DNA of 64,000 bases from Elusimicrobiota bacterium (GCA_044221725.1 JBGAON010000005.1:192001-256000); one strand, 5' to 3'; shown: positions 16,995-27,158, numbered from the stretch's first letter. Translations and numbers: made by a program. The notes: generated by a model not told the origin, from the letters alone.

Positions 16995-17740
16995 AAATAA
17001 TCATCACGCCGGTGCGAAAACTTTTGCTGTGCGCGGTGGTGGGAGCTTTTGTGTTCGCGGTAGCCGAAATGCATTTCGCAAAAAAGAAACGAGAGATCGC
17101 CGAAAAGCAAACGTTCGTAACGGTGGTCCGATCTCGAAAGTATATCGGCGAGGGAAAACCGATCGCTCTGGATTTTATAGAGGAGTTCGTGATGCCCGAA
17201 GCTTACGTGACGCCAACGATGGTGAAAAAATGCGAGCTCATGGATAGGAACGGTCACACGCGATTCAAAGCCCGTGTTGGTATACCCAAGGGAGAAATTC
17301 TCAGCAAGAGCACGATGCTCGATGAGCAGAGCGCTTTGGGGCCGGCCTGGTCGCTCGAACCCCGTCAGACCGCTTTTGGTTTGCGGTTGAACGCTGAAGA
17401 CGCGGTGGGAGGATTGCTTAAACCCGGGGATTGGGTGCATCTCGTGTTCACGTCCAGCAAGCGCGCGAGCATTCTTGTCCCGCGGGTGCGCGTATTGTCG
17501 ATAGCGGATCAGGTATGGGACGGGAGCCGTGCTATTTCCGATGAAAATCTCGCAAAGCCCATGGCAACCGATTCCATTTTGGTTACACTCATTTTGGCGC
17601 CCGAAGATTTGTTGGTAGCGCGACTGGCCGCGATGCATGGGCAGCTGACGCTTAGTTTGATATCGCCGCTTTGCGATGATCTGCACGTGCCGCGATCAAT
17701 TGAATTAAAGGAGCTGGAGCTACATGGCGGACGTACCTGA
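16991..17740 (+). CDS. cpaB: Flp pilus assembly protein CpaB/RcpC (SAF domain)
   Basis: N-terminal TM, SAF-like segment (VVRSRKYIGEGKPI...IPKGEIL), AVGGLLKPGDWVHLV, VRVLSI, VTLIL. The start is taken at ATG 16991, overlapping the upstream stop. Confidence 0.82.
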   Translation: MKIIITPVRKLLLCAVVGAFVFAVAEMHFAKKKREIAEKQTFVTVVRSRKYIGEGKPIALDFIEEFVMPEAYVTPTMVKKCELMDRNGHTRFKARVGIPKGEILSKSTMLDEQSALGPAWSLEPRQTAFGLRLNAEDAVGGLLKPGDWVHLVFTSSKRASILVPRVRVLSIADQVWDGSRAISDENLAKPMATDSILVTLILAPEDLLVARLAAMHGQLTLSLISPLCDDLHVPRSIELKELELHGGRT

Positions 17741-18011
17741 GGCATACCGGATTACCGGGCCTCAAATGCGAAAGTGCGAATTTTGCGGTGGTGATAACCC
17801 GGTCAAAGCCTATTGTTGCTTGCACTGCTACAAGGTTTTGCACCCGAAGTACCACTTGCCGTGGTATCGAAAACACATTTGTTTAACGACGCCAATGATG
17901 ATTGTATTGTTTTGTTTTGTCGCGGTCGTGGTGTTCACATTTAAACGATGGGTTGAAAACGCAGAAGCGCAAGTCGACACATCGATCTCTCGCCCCTTAA
18001 AGACCAACTAG
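17724..18011 (+). CDS. Small zinc-ribbon membrane protein
   Basis: CEFC-x9-CLHC followed by one TM helix. Lies between cpaB and tadA. Confidence 0.65.
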   Translation: MADVPEAYRITGPQMRKCEFCGGDNPVKAYCCLHCYKVLHPKYHLPWYRKHICLTTPMMIVLFCFVAVVVFTFKRWVENAEAQVDTSISRPLKTN

Positions 18012-18040
18012 GTTTCACGCTCCCCTCCAAAGGAGCTCTC

Positions 18041-19633
18041 ATGCAAGTTGTATTCGTTCCGCCCACCTCAGGACGGTTCGCTGAAAAGATTGTGTTCGAT
18101 GCGTTCGCGCACGAATTGAAGCGTCGCGCCATTTTTCCGGTGTCGCCTATGTTAATTCCACCCGAGGACCTGCAAACACAATCGTTCGCCGAAGACGCTC
18201 GATTTCTGCTCGGTTTCTCGCCTGTGTTACACGACGTTCGCTTCGTGCGTTCACTCGAAGGAAAGATTCTTGCGCGCGGCGCGTTGTCGAGCGGTATTCG
18301 GCGCATTTTGTGGAATTCCGATTTGCCCGGAGGATTGCCCGTGCGAGCGATTGAGAAAGAAAATGGACGAATGGACGGCTTTCTTCCGTTCGATCCCTCG
18401 ACGCTGGCGCGTTGCGAGAACCAAGAGTCCTATTTGGAAGCCGCTGGCGCGCACACGAAAATTTCGCGCGCTATAAAGAAGGTCGCCCAAGAGACCGCCA
18501 AATGGCTGGAAGAACCGCTGATCGATACCACGCTTTCGGCGGACAGGCACGACTGGCACGCGGTGGAAAAGGCGGTCACCGCGAAAATTTGGCAGCGATT
18601 TTCGCATTCAAATGATCTCGCCGGTGGCACGACCGAGCGCGTGCTTTCGTGTATCGATGAAATCTTGCACGGTCATGTTCGCGATCACGGTGTTCCGTCC
18701 GACTGCGAAAGTTTTCTCCTCGGACTCCGCCAGCGCGTTTTCGACCATGTGACCGGTCTTGGTCCGCTTGAGCAGCTGATGCGAGATCCATCGGTAAACG
18801 AAGTGATGGTCAACGGTGTAGACGAGGTTTTTGTTGAACGGGAAAGCTCCGTGTCACGTTCGGAAATTCGTTTTGATTCGGAAACGCAGCTGCGAACAAT
18901 TATGGACCGCGTGGCCGCGCGGGCAGGCCGTCGCATCGATTTGGCGTCGCCGCTGTGCGATGTGAGACTGTCCGATGGTTCGCGCGTGAATCTCGTGCTG
19001 CCACCCGTGTCGATTGGTGGCCCGTTGCTCACGATGCGTCGGTTTCGGCCGATTTTCCAAACGCTGGACGATTTGATTCGCGCGGGGACCGTGGAGCGAT
19101 CGCAAGCGGATCAGCTCGTCGACGCTGTTCGCGCTCGCGACAATATCATCGTGGCGGGAAACGCCGGCGCCGGCAAAACAACCCTGCTAAACATTCTCGC
19201 GTCCTTCATTGCTCCCGAAGAGCGCATCCTCACGCTCGAAGATGCTGCGGAACTTCAAATTGGGCGGCCGCACGTTGTGCGGATGGAAACGCGCCAGAAA
19301 AACGCTGAAGGAATCGGAGAAATTACAATGTCGAATTTGCTCATTAACGCTCTGCGAATGCGGCCCGATCGTCTGATCATCGGGGAATGCCGTGGCGCAG
19401 AAGCGATTCCGATGTTGCAGGCAATGAACACGGGGCACGACGGTTCGATGACCACGCTGCACGCGAATTCCGCTGGCGATGCGCTGAAGCGGCTCGAATC
19501 GATGGTGCTCTTGCATGCGCCGGAATGGTCGAGCGAGGTGGTGCGCGAACAAATCTCGGCTGGCATCGATCTCGTAATTCACATACGTCGCCGCGGATCT
19601 GAGAGGAAAGTGGTGGAAATTCGGCATGCGTAA
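18041..19633 (+). CDS. tadA: Tad secretion ATPase TadA/CpaF with N-terminal extension
   Basis: GLGPLEQLMRDPSVNEVMVNG, Walker A GNAGAGKTT, TLEDAAEL, ALRMRPDRLIIGECRG, MNTGHDGSMTTLHANS. GGAG RBS upstream. Confidence 0.95.
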   Translation: MQVVFVPPTSGRFAEKIVFDAFAHELKRRAIFPVSPMLIPPEDLQTQSFAEDARFLLGFSPVLHDVRFVRSLEGKILARGALSSGIRRILWNSDLPGGLPVRAIEKENGRMDGFLPFDPSTLARCENQESYLEAAGAHTKISRAIKKVAQETAKWLEEPLIDTTLSADRHDWHAVEKAVTAKIWQRFSHSNDLAGGTTERVLSCIDEILHGHVRDHGVPSDCESFLLGLRQRVFDHVTGLGPLEQLMRDPSVNEVMVNGVDEVFVERESSVSRSEIRFDSETQLRTIMDRVAARAGRRIDLASPLCDVRLSDGSRVNLVLPPVSIGGPLLTMRRFRPIFQTLDDLIRAGTVERSQADQLVDAVRARDNIIVAGNAGAGKTTLLNILASFIAPEERILTLEDAAELQIGRPHVVRMETRQKNAEGIGEITMSNLLINALRMRPDRLIIGECRGAEAIPMLQAMNTGHDGSMTTLHANSAGDALKRLESMVLLHAPEWSSEVVREQISAGIDLVIHIRRRGSERKVVEIRHA

Positions 19634-20132
19634 CGATCAGTGGTCGCAAGCGTTTCTGTTTCTGTCTGGTTCGCTGCGCTCCGGTCTTTCGCTGGAACAG
19701 GCGCTGGACGTTTTCGTCAGCGAATCGCCGCAATTTTTTGGATGTCAACAACCGAAGCAATGGTTGCCGCTCGAAAAACGTATTCAATTCCTTTTTCCCG
19801 GGAAAAACTTGGCGCTCGCGCGCGCCACACTCGAGTTCGCCTATCGCGCGGGCGGGAAGGCGGCACCGATGCTGGAACGCTGCGCAGACATGCTGCAACG
19901 GAAACACGAGATGGATCAGCGTGTTCAAGCGTTGACCACGCAAACGCGGATATCGGCGTGGATTGTGGGGCTCACGCCCGCCGCGCTGTTGTGCGGTTTC
20001 GGAATTATTTCGCCGGCGTATGTGTCTCTGCTATTTCGGACACGTTTGGGAATGACCGTTCTTGCCGCGGCGATTATTCTCGACGTCGTTGGTTTTGTGC
20101 TCGTGAAACGCCTCGCACGGGTGTCATGGTAA
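19626..20132 (+). CDS. tadB: TadB-like inner-membrane platform protein (T2SSF domain)
   Basis: LSGSLRSGLSLEQAL, AGGKAAPMLE, RVQALTTQTRISAWIV and two C-terminal TMs. Directly follows tadA. Confidence 0.85.
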   Translation: MRNDQWSQAFLFLSGSLRSGLSLEQALDVFVSESPQFFGCQQPKQWLPLEKRIQFLFPGKNLALARATLEFAYRAGGKAAPMLERCADMLQRKHEMDQRVQALTTQTRISAWIVGLTPAALLCGFGIISPAYVSLLFRTRLGMTVLAAAIILDVVGFVLVKRLARVSW

Positions 20133-20767
20133 CGGTTGTTGGAACTCTCATCGCTGGAATTTGCGCCATGTTTGTGGCGGCACTCGTTGATCTGATCGAG
20201 CACGTGCGCGTCGCGGGGAATTTGCATCGGTTTATTCGTCCTTCAGAGGCGATGGCGGCGCGTCCCAGAAAATTTTCGCGTCTTTTTGAATTCGTTGATA
20301 CCCGCCGCGGCAAATCCGTTCGGACATCGTTCGCGGATTTTCTCGATTTGCTCGCATTGGCCCTTTCGGTTGGATTGCCACCCGAGCAGGCATGGACGTC
20401 CGCGCTTGAATATCTGCCGCCGTGTGTGTTGTCGAGAGAATTGGGTGTTTTTTCTCAGGCGCTAAGCGCCGGCCGATCGCGCACCGACGCGTTCCGTGAA
20501 TTGCGCGACCGTCTCGGCGAGCCGTCTGCCCAAATGACGCTCGTTTTGATCGAGCACGCAATGGAGCGAGGCAATATGATCGGCGACACGCTGCACGATC
20601 AGGCCAGCGCGTTTCGAAATCGGCGATTTATCGAAATCGAACGCGAAGCGCAGCAAGCCAGCATGAAATTGTTATTTCCATTGTTCGTTTTTATTTTGCC
20701 GGCGGTGTTTTTGATTTTGTTGGGACCGCTCATCATCCAACTCTCTCAAGGTTTATCGCTGTTCTGA
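20126..20767 (+). CDS. tadC: TadC-like inner-membrane platform protein (T2SSF domain)
   Basis: DFLDLLALALSVGLPPEQA, GRSRTDAFRELRDR, EREAQQASMKLLFPLFVFILPA. The start is taken at ATG 20126, in frame with track ORF 19640..20767. Confidence 0.88.
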   Translation: MVTVVGTLIAGICAMFVAALVDLIEHVRVAGNLHRFIRPSEAMAARPRKFSRLFEFVDTRRGKSVRTSFADFLDLLALALSVGLPPEQAWTSALEYLPPCVLSRELGVFSQALSAGRSRTDAFRELRDRLGEPSAQMTLVLIEHAMERGNMIGDTLHDQASAFRNRRFIEIEREAQQASMKLLFPLFVFILPAVFLILLGPLIIQLSQGLSLF

Positions 20768-20840
20768 CTTCGAGCCGATTTTTTAACGAGATCCTTGTTT
20801 TTGATGGGCCGAAGCGCCCATACTGTTTCCTGAGGCTCCC

Positions 20841-21800
20841 TTGCGGATAAAAGATCTAAAAAACAAACGGATTGTCGTGACGGGTGGCGCCGGTTTTCTC
20901 GGAAGCCATCTGTGCTCCAAGCTTCTCTCCTTGGGTTCGCACGTGACGTGCGTCGACAGTTTGCTCACAGGAAATTCCGATAACATCGCTCCGTTTTTCA
21001 AAAATCCCCGGTTCGAATTTATTAAGCACGATGTGACGCACGATTTGTATATCGGAACCCCGGTGTTTGCGGTGTTGCATTTCGCGAGCCCGGCAAGCCC
21101 GCTTGACTATCTTGAGTTTCCGATACAGACGCTGAAAGTCGGTGCGCTTGGAACCCACAAAATGCTGGGTCTCGCTAAAGAGAAAAAAGCGCGGTTCCTG
21201 CTTGCGTCGACCTCGGAAGTGTACGGCGATCCACAAATTCATCCGCAACCGGAATCCTATTGGGGAAACGTGAATCCCGTTGGTCCGCGCGGCGTTTATG
21301 ACGAAGCAAAACGATACGCCGAGGCGCTTACGATGGCGTATCACCGCGTACACAAAGTGAAAACGCGCATTGTGCGAATTTTTAACACGTACGGCCCTCG
21401 TATGCGACCCAACGATGGCCGCGCCATTCCGGCGTTTATTGGCCAGGCGCTCGCTGGAAAACCCGTCACGATATTTGGAAATGGCCAACAAACGCGATCG
21501 TTCTGCTACATCGATGACGAAGTCGACGGATTGCTGCGGTTGCTCGTGTCCGAGTATTCGAATCCGGTGAACATTGGCAACCCAAAGGAAATGTCGATTG
21601 AGGAATTGGCCCGCCTCGTGATTTCGTTGTGCAAAAGCAAGAGCCGACTTGTTGAAAGATCATTGCCGGTGGATGATCCGAAAGTTCGTCAGCCGGATAT
21701 TTCTATCGCGCGTCGGGTGTTGGGGTGGACGCCGCGCGTGTCGCCCGAGGTTGGACTTAAAAAAACGATCGCGTGGTTTCGAACATGTTCAAAAAAATAA
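20841..21800 (+). CDS. uxs: UDP-glucuronate decarboxylase (UDP-xylose synthase), extended SDR family
   Basis: [36 protein letters not shown] (YxxxK), [20 protein letters not shown]. Confidence 0.92.
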   Translation: MRIKDLKNKRIVVTGGAGFLGSHLCSKLLSLGSHVTCVDSLLTGNSDNIAPFFKNPRFEFIKHDVTHDLYIGTPVFAVLHFASPASPLDYLEFPIQTLKVGALGTHKMLGLAKEKKARFLLASTSEVYGDPQIHPQPESYWGNVNPVGPRGVYDEAKRYAEALTMAYHRVHKVKTRIVRIFNTYGPRMRPNDGRAIPAFIGQALAGKPVTIFGNGQQTRSFCYIDDEVDGLLRLLVSEYSNPVNIGNPKEMSIEELARLVISLCKSKSRLVERSLPVDDPKVRQPDISIARRVLGWTPRVSPEVGLKKTIAWFRTCSKK

Positions 21801-23815
21801 TAGCGGACAAGCAGGCTTTAAAGAGTTTGCTGATTTGTTGCGTGGTTGTTCTCGTCGTGATGACGCTTTTTGCTTTTCATGGTCTCGATTCGTTGGAACT
21901 CAAGTCCGTTGATTTTCGGTTTCAATTGCGCGGAACGCGCCCCGTCAACAAAGACATCGTGGTTGTTTCAATTGATGAAGCGTCGATAGCGCACCTTGGA
22001 CGTTGGCCGTGGCCGCGGTCGTTGCACGGGAGCCTCGTACAAAAACTGGCTGCGTCGGGCGCCAAAGCCATCGCGTTCGATGTTTTGTTCACCGAGAAGG
22101 ACGAACAAAACCCAGCGTCGGACGCATTGTTGGCGCGGGCCGCTGAGGAAACCGGAATTGTGACATCGGCGTTTCTCATTCGCGGCGGTTTGAGCCACGA
22201 TTTGCTTGGCAAAGACCCGCTTTTTCCATTTCCGGCCCTTAAGGATCACACCTATTGGGGTTTCGTGAACTTTGTGCCGGATCGCGACGGCGTTTGCCGA
22301 CGTGGTCACTTGTATTCGATCGTGGATGACGAAGTTTTTCCATCGTTGCCGGTCGCCACGCTCGCGCTCGCCGAACACAAAACATTTCAGGAGCTGTTGC
22401 CGCATTTGCCCGTCGTCGTGAGCAAAGATCCCGACATTGCGAAGAACCAATTGTTTATCAACTTTGCCTACTCCGCAACCGCTGATTCCTACAAAACATA
22501 CTCGTACGCGGATGTGCTGAGCGGTAAGGTGCCGCCATCGGCGTTCCAAGGAAAAATAGTGCTCGTGGGCGGAACGGCCGCCGCACTTTTCGACACGAAA
22601 GCGATTCCGTTTGCTTCCATTTATTACGGTGTTCTCATCCACGCAAACATCATCGATAACTTAATTTCCGGCAATTATATGCGCGAAGCGCCGAGCGAAA
22701 TCACGTTGCTTTACGTGATCGTGCTGGGACTGTTGTTCGGATTGGTGTTGCCACGCCTGTCGCCGGTGCGGCAGTTTGTGGTTTTCTTGATCGTGGTGGG
22801 CGGCGGGGTGGCCACCGCGATTTATATGTTTGCGTTAAGAAATACGATCTGGCCAATGGTCGCACCGCTTTTGACCGCTGTCAGCTGTTACGGTGGTGTG
22901 GTGTTTCACCGATTGATCGTTGAAGAACGAGAAAAACGGAAGATAAAAGGAAGCTTCAAGCAATATTTGTCCCCGAAGATCATTGATGTTCTCACGAAAG
23001 ATCCATCGAAGCTTCGCTTGGGCGGTGAGGAGCGCGAGGTTTCCATTTTCTTTCTTGATATTGCTGGTTTCACAACGATGTCCGAGACGTTAAAACCCAC
23101 GCAGCTTGTTGAAGTGATGAATCACTGTCTGACCGAGTTTAGCAACATCATTCTTAAACACGATGGTCTCATCAACAAGTATATCGGCGATTGTGTCATG
23201 GCGTTTTGGAACGCGCCGGCCGACCAACCGCTGCACGCGACCCAGGCGTGTTTGGCCGCGCTCGAATGCATTCGCGTGTTACCGGATATCAACCGCAAAT
23301 TGCAGGAGAAAGGGTTGCCGAGCATCGATTGCCGCATCGGCGTAAATACCGGAGTGGCGGTGGTTGGAAACATGGGATCGCATGAGAAATTTGACTACAC
23401 GGCGATGGGAGATCCGGTCAATCTCGCGTCACGCCTCGAAGGCGCGAACAAGCAGTATCACACGCGCATCATGATTTCGGACGCCACGTTCGAAAAGGCG
23501 CGCGAAGAAATTGAAGCACGCGATTTGGATTTGATCCGCGTGAAAGGAAAGAAAGAGCCGCGCAAAGTTTTCGAGGTGCTGTGCAAAAAAGGCGAGCTTC
23601 TCGAAGAGGTATCCGAAGGACGCAAGCGCTATCACCAGGGGCTTGCGCTTTACCGTCAGCGCAGCTTTGCTGAAGCGATTGAAGCATTCCAAACGGTGTT
23701 CGATTATCTTCCGAACGACCGCGTGACGCGTGTTTATCTCGAACGCGCACGTGCATTTGCTGCTCATCCGCCGCCGCCCATGTGGGACGGCGTTTACGAA
23801 CTCACCACAAAATAA
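21785..23815 (+). CDS. CHASE2-domain class III adenylate cyclase with C-terminal TPR-like helices
   Basis: CHASE2 motifs ([42 protein letters not shown]), three TMs, and a cyclase core [35 protein letters not shown]. The K/T specificity residues indicate ATP as substrate. Confidence 0.93.
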   Translation: MFKKIIADKQALKSLLICCVVVLVVMTLFAFHGLDSLELKSVDFRFQLRGTRPVNKDIVVVSIDEASIAHLGRWPWPRSLHGSLVQKLAASGAKAIAFDVLFTEKDEQNPASDALLARAAEETGIVTSAFLIRGGLSHDLLGKDPLFPFPALKDHTYWGFVNFVPDRDGVCRRGHLYSIVDDEVFPSLPVATLALAEHKTFQELLPHLPVVVSKDPDIAKNQLFINFAYSATADSYKTYSYADVLSGKVPPSAFQGKIVLVGGTAAALFDTKAIPFASIYYGVLIHANIIDNLISGNYMREAPSEITLLYVIVLGLLFGLVLPRLSPVRQFVVFLIVVGGGVATAIYMFALRNTIWPMVAPLLTAVSCYGGVVFHRLIVEEREKRKIKGSFKQYLSPKIIDVLTKDPSKLRLGGEEREVSIFFLDIAGFTTMSETLKPTQLVEVMNHCLTEFSNIILKHDGLINKYIGDCVMAFWNAPADQPLHATQACLAALECIRVLPDINRKLQEKGLPSIDCRIGVNTGVAVVGNMGSHEKFDYTAMGDPVNLASRLEGANKQYHTRIMISDATFEKAREEIEARDLDLIRVKGKKEPRKVFEVLCKKGELLEEVSEGRKRYHQGLALYRQRSFAEAIEAFQTVFDYLPNDRVTRVYLERARAFAAHPPPPMWDGVYELTTK

Positions 23816-23822
23816 TTCTCAC

Positions 23823-23867
23823 TGTGACAAAGTTCTCATTGTATTGGGTGCCGTTGCCGCTTACACT
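23823..23867 (+). promoter_or_regulatory. Putative sigma70 promoter with adjacent CRP-like site
   Basis: TGTGA-caaagt-TCTCA (23823-23838), then TTGTAT (23839-23844), a 17-nt spacer and TACACT (23862-23867). AGGAGG RBS at 23892. Confidence 0.45.
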
Positions 23868-23906
23868 TCTTTTGTCCCAGCAAAAAATTTCAGGAGGAAA
23901 TTGTTT

Positions 23907-24290
23907 ATGTTGAAAAAAACACTGCTTATTTCCTTATCGATTTTCGGGCTGCTGGGATCCACTGTTTTTGGTGAGGCGCCCGCGAAGCGCTACCGTGTTG
24001 TTGTGAAAATTGAGGGTTTTCCGTCGACGTTGATCGAATCGGTGAAAGGAAAAGTATACGCCTTTGGTTCGAGCTCTATCAGTGGGTCGACCGAATGGCC
24101 GATTCAAATGCAGGACGGCTCCTTGCGCGCCGATATTGAACTCGAGGACGCCGAAGATCCGGTGAATTTGCAGGCCGCGTTGGTGGCCCGTCCGTTCCGT
24201 GGTTCAGACATTAAAGCGACAGCCGAACAAAACTTCCTCGCCGGCGCCAGCGCCGGCAACACCATCGTCCTTCAAGCGGTGCCCGAGTAA
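23907..24290 (+). CDS. Small exported hypothetical protein
   Basis: AGGAGG 9 nt before ATG 23907. Signal peptide MLKKTLLISLSIFGLLGSTVFG. In frame with track ORF 23730..24290. Confidence 0.78.
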   Translation: MLKKTLLISLSIFGLLGSTVFGEAPAKRYRVVVKIEGFPSTLIESVKGKVYAFGSSSISGSTEWPIQMQDGSLRADIELEDAEDPVNLQAALVARPFRGSDIKATAEQNFLAGASAGNTIVLQAVPE

Positions 24291-24293
24291 GAC

Positions 24294-25103
24294 CTAGTAG
24301 TGCCCCAGTGTCCCGTCTTCCTGGGATTTCTTAAGAGCGATCTGAAACGCCACGATTCCAATCGGCCACACAAGAAGCGTGAACAAAAACAAAAACAATA
24401 AATCTTCCCGCACCGCATCAATTCCGGCATCGGCCAGCAACGTTCTTCGAATGCAAGAGAGCGCGTGTGTCATGGGGACCCATTGCGACACCGATCGCAT
24501 CCACTCCGGCAAAATGTCGGTCGGAAAGTAGACACCGCCAAACAGCTCTCCCGCCGATGCGATAAGCCATGTCACCGGATTTCCTTTTTTGAATCGCAGA
24601 ATGAACGCGGCCGAGAGGATTCCGAGACCCATGAACGTCGTCAGCGTCAAGAAAACCGCCAAGCACACCGCCGGTATGTTGGCTTGCGACAGATTGAGGT
24701 CAAACACACTTACGGCCACAATGAAGTAAATCAGCACCTCGGCGGTCGCGTACAGAAAATCCCATAGGGCGGAACCCGCCAGAAATGTCGGAATTCGGAT
24801 AGGGGTGACGAGCACCGACTCGAGCGTGCCCACGTATTGTTCTTGTCGCAGCGATTGAGCAAATGAGTTTAGGCCAACGCTCTGGTAGGTTGAAAACGCT
24901 ATTCCGACGAGCACGAACGGAAAATAGGAGCCGCCGTAACTTTTTATCGCGGGCATTCCCTGAGCGTCGAACAGCCGCGCCACGAAATAAAACGTTGTCG
25001 AAGTGAAAACAATACTCGCAATGTCGAGCAGAAACGAAAATCTGTAGCTGAGCATCTGCTTAAAATCGCGAAGCAAAAATGCCGAAAACGCCCGCGCGAT
25101 CAC
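24294..25103 (-). CDS. ABC-2 type transporter permease
   Basis: Six TM helices, EQYVGTLESVLVTP, GGVYFPTDILPEWM...PMTHAL. Confidence 0.92.
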   Translation of the reverse strand: MIARAFSAFLLRDFKQMLSYRFSFLLDIASIVFTSTTFYFVARLFDAQGMPAIKSYGGSYFPFVLVGIAFSTYQSVGLNSFAQSLRQEQYVGTLESVLVTPIRIPTFLAGSALWDFLYATAEVLIYFIVAVSVFDLNLSQANIPAVCLAVFLTLTTFMGLGILSAAFILRFKKGNPVTWLIASAGELFGGVYFPTDILPEWMRSVSQWVPMTHALSCIRRTLLADAGIDAVREDLLFLFLFTLLVWPIGIVAFQIALKKSQEDGTLGHY

Positions 25104-25861
25104 GACTTCGGCTCCTCGACCGCCTTCATATACATCTCTTCGAGCGTGGACGATTTTAGCTCCTTTTCCAAATCGAGGCCTTGCACGGTTTTCACAATTT
25201 CACCTTTGTTCACGATCACAATCATATCGGCGACACGACGCGCTTCCTCGAGCAAATGCGTCGAAAGCAAAACGGTTTTTTTCTGAATTCGGGTTAAATG
25301 ATCTTTCAACAGCCGTCGAAAGCGCAGCGTGGTCTGCGGATCCAAGTTTCGAATCGGCTCATCAAGCAATAGAACCGGCGGATTGTGCAGCAACGCACGG
25401 GCGAGACCTATTTTTTGTTTCGTGCCCGACGACACGCGTTGAAGGTTCGTATCGATTTCATCATTGATACCGATCTGCAGGGAAATATTTCCAATGTTGC
25501 GGTCCATCTCGATTGGCGTGAGGTTGTGAAGCGCTCCGAAAAACCGCAAATTTTCGCGACCCGTAATGCGACCATAGAGTCCGCTGCGTTCCTCGGCCGG
25601 CATCCAGCCAATATCGGCACGCGCGGCGCCGGGGTTGGCAAGTCGATCGATGCCGTGTACAAAAACCGTGCCGCCATCCGGTTCGATGAGGCCGGCCAAG
25701 ATTTTCAGCAGTGTCGTTTTACCGGAGCCGTTCGGACCGAGCAAGCAGCACACGGTGCCCATTGGAACTTCGAGTGAAACGTTTTTTAGGATTTCTTTTT
25801 TGCCGTAGTGTTTGGAAAGATTTTTGACATCGATTGCAATCGGATGCTCTTCGGATTTCAT
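25100..25861 (-). CDS. ABC transporter ATP-binding protein
   Basis: Walker A GPNGSGKTT, signature VSSGTKQK, Walker B LLLDEP, STH switch. Confidence 0.95.
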   Translation of the reverse strand: MKSEEHPIAIDVKNLSKHYGKKEILKNVSLEVPMGTVCCLLGPNGSGKTTLLKILAGLIEPDGGTVFVHGIDRLANPGAARADIGWMPAEERSGLYGRITGRENLRFFGALHNLTPIEMDRNIGNISLQIGINDEIDTNLQRVSSGTKQKIGLARALLHNPPVLLLDEPIRNLDPQTTLRFRRLLKDHLTRIQKKTVLLSTHLLEEARRVADMIVIVNKGEIVKTVQGLDLEKELKSSTLEEMYMKAVEEPKS

Positions 25862-26056
25862 GTGGTGGTATTGTGTTAATTTTTCGATGTGTTTTCAAAC
25901 GAACGAGTTCTGCAGTCTAAGATGTAACCATAGGGCTTATCGATCTGCAGTAAGAAATGTAACCCAACTTCAGAACAGCGAAGGAGGGTGGGATGCCGAG
26001 CTACACCGCACGAATGGAAAAGGAAAGGAAGGGTTGCGGCGTGCAGGGTATGGAAT

Positions 26057-26542
26057 TTAGAGGATGCGGATCGAGATGTTGCCGTCTTGTTGAATTGAAA
26101 AACGATCGCGATCCATTTTTCCGTCAAAGAAAATTTGCACGCCGGCGGGCATTTCGCATGTTGCGCTGACCGAGTCGAAATTGAGAATCGCCGTGGCCAT
26201 TCCGTTCGGCGAAACTTTTAACGAAACCGGGTTTGAGAAACTGATCCTTTTGCCTTTTTCCATGCAGGCACTTTCGAGAGCGTACATCGCCACCTGGATT
26301 TGCGCATCGACGGTTTTCTCATTGTCGTTCTTGATGACCGCTTCCAATGTATAAGGCGCGCCGGTCATCGCCGGTGCCGCGGAAGGTTTTATTGTGATTG
26401 AAATATTCGGCTGATTCTCTGCGGAAAATCCAAAAACGGCGGCCGCGATAATAATGCCAATTGCAACCGCGATGAGACGTGTTACGCACAGTCGTTTGAT
26501 CCAGGTACGGTGCAGATTTGGCAAGTCGCTCATGTCTCCCAT
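26057..26542 (-). CDS. Exported or membrane-anchored hypothetical protein (Ig-like)
   Basis: 3' part of track ORF 26057..26905: hydrophobic LIAVAIGIIIAAAVFG then a beta-rich domain. The upstream part overlaps the + strand gene and is probably not translated. The start is uncertain. Confidence 0.55.
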   Translation of the reverse strand: MGDMSDLPNLHRTWIKRLCVTRLIAVAIGIIIAAAVFGFSAENQPNISITIKPSAAPAMTGAPYTLEAVIKNDNEKTVDAQIQVAMYALESACMEKGKRISFSNPVSLKVSPNGMATAILNFDSVSATCEMPAGVQIFFDGKMDRDRFSIQQDGNISIRIL

Positions 26543-26616
26543 AACGGTCTTCAGGTTACGGGGGACAGATGACATTTTGGTGGCATTTCTGGGGGAAATA
26601 ATCGACAATTCCTGCC

Positions 26617-26958
26617 ATGACGATTGTTTTTCTTTTTCTATCGCTGTTTGTCGCCTCGGTTGTTGTGGCCGCGCCGCCCCAGAAATCCAACGCGCAAATG
26701 AAATGGAGCGATGAAGATTCCGATGCAAGCGATTCCGATGCGGATCGGCCCGACGACGAAAAGTCCATGGCGCCCGAAGCCGCGGAAGGTCCGGATGCCA
26801 ACGATGTCTCGCCGAAGGCGGTCCAAACACCCGAGCAAACGCCGTCCCCGGAGCCGACGCCGCTGCCCAAAAAAGGGGAGATGAAAAAGAAGCCGGAACA
26901 GCCAAAACCCGCCAAAGTCACGCCCAAAAAGCTCGAAATTCCGAAGCCCACCTACTAA
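26617..26958 (+). CDS. Small exported low-complexity protein (acidic, then Pro/Lys-rich)
   Basis: Signal-like MTIVFLFLSLFVASVVVAA, followed by a D/E-rich stretch and a PEPTP/KKPEQPKP tail. Confidence 0.6.
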   Translation: MTIVFLFLSLFVASVVVAAPPQKSNAQMKWSDEDSDASDSDADRPDDEKSMAPEAAEGPDANDVSPKAVQTPEQTPSPEPTPLPKKGEMKKKPEQPKPAKVTPKKLEIPKPTY

Positions 26959-27126
26959 TTCTTTCTTTTCTTTCATTTCGCGCTGAAAAATAGGCACGAA
27001 ATGCAAGTCGCGTTTTTCGCGCGGCTCCCACCCTTCACTTGAATTTTCCGTCGAGCCACCGTACGCTGTTTGGACGGATTTTCGCATTGATTTTCAAGCC
27101 TTTCTTCGCCGCTTTTTAATCTCGAA

Positions 27127-27158
27127 TTAAGGCCAATTTAAGGAGCGGTGTTTACAAT
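27127..27158 (+). promoter_or_regulatory. Putative promoter of the giant gene: TTAAG direct repeat + -10 element TACAAT
   Basis: TTAAG(27127)-gccaat-TTAAG(27138)-N10-TACAAT(27153-27158). Spacing is identical to 3199-3230. Confidence 0.6.

Noticed and set aside
19640..20125. Long N-terminal extension of TadC in the ORF track
   Set aside because: It overlaps tadB in another frame and has no protein-like character. ATG 20126 is the better start.
25862..26056. Possible structured RNA in the intergenic gap
   Set aside because: Only imperfect pairing, and no recognisable riboswitch or tRNA motif.
26974..27003. Inverted repeat CATTTCGCGC...GCACGAAATG as a terminator
   Set aside because: The stem is imperfect with a 10-nt loop and no adjacent downstream U-tract, too weak to call.
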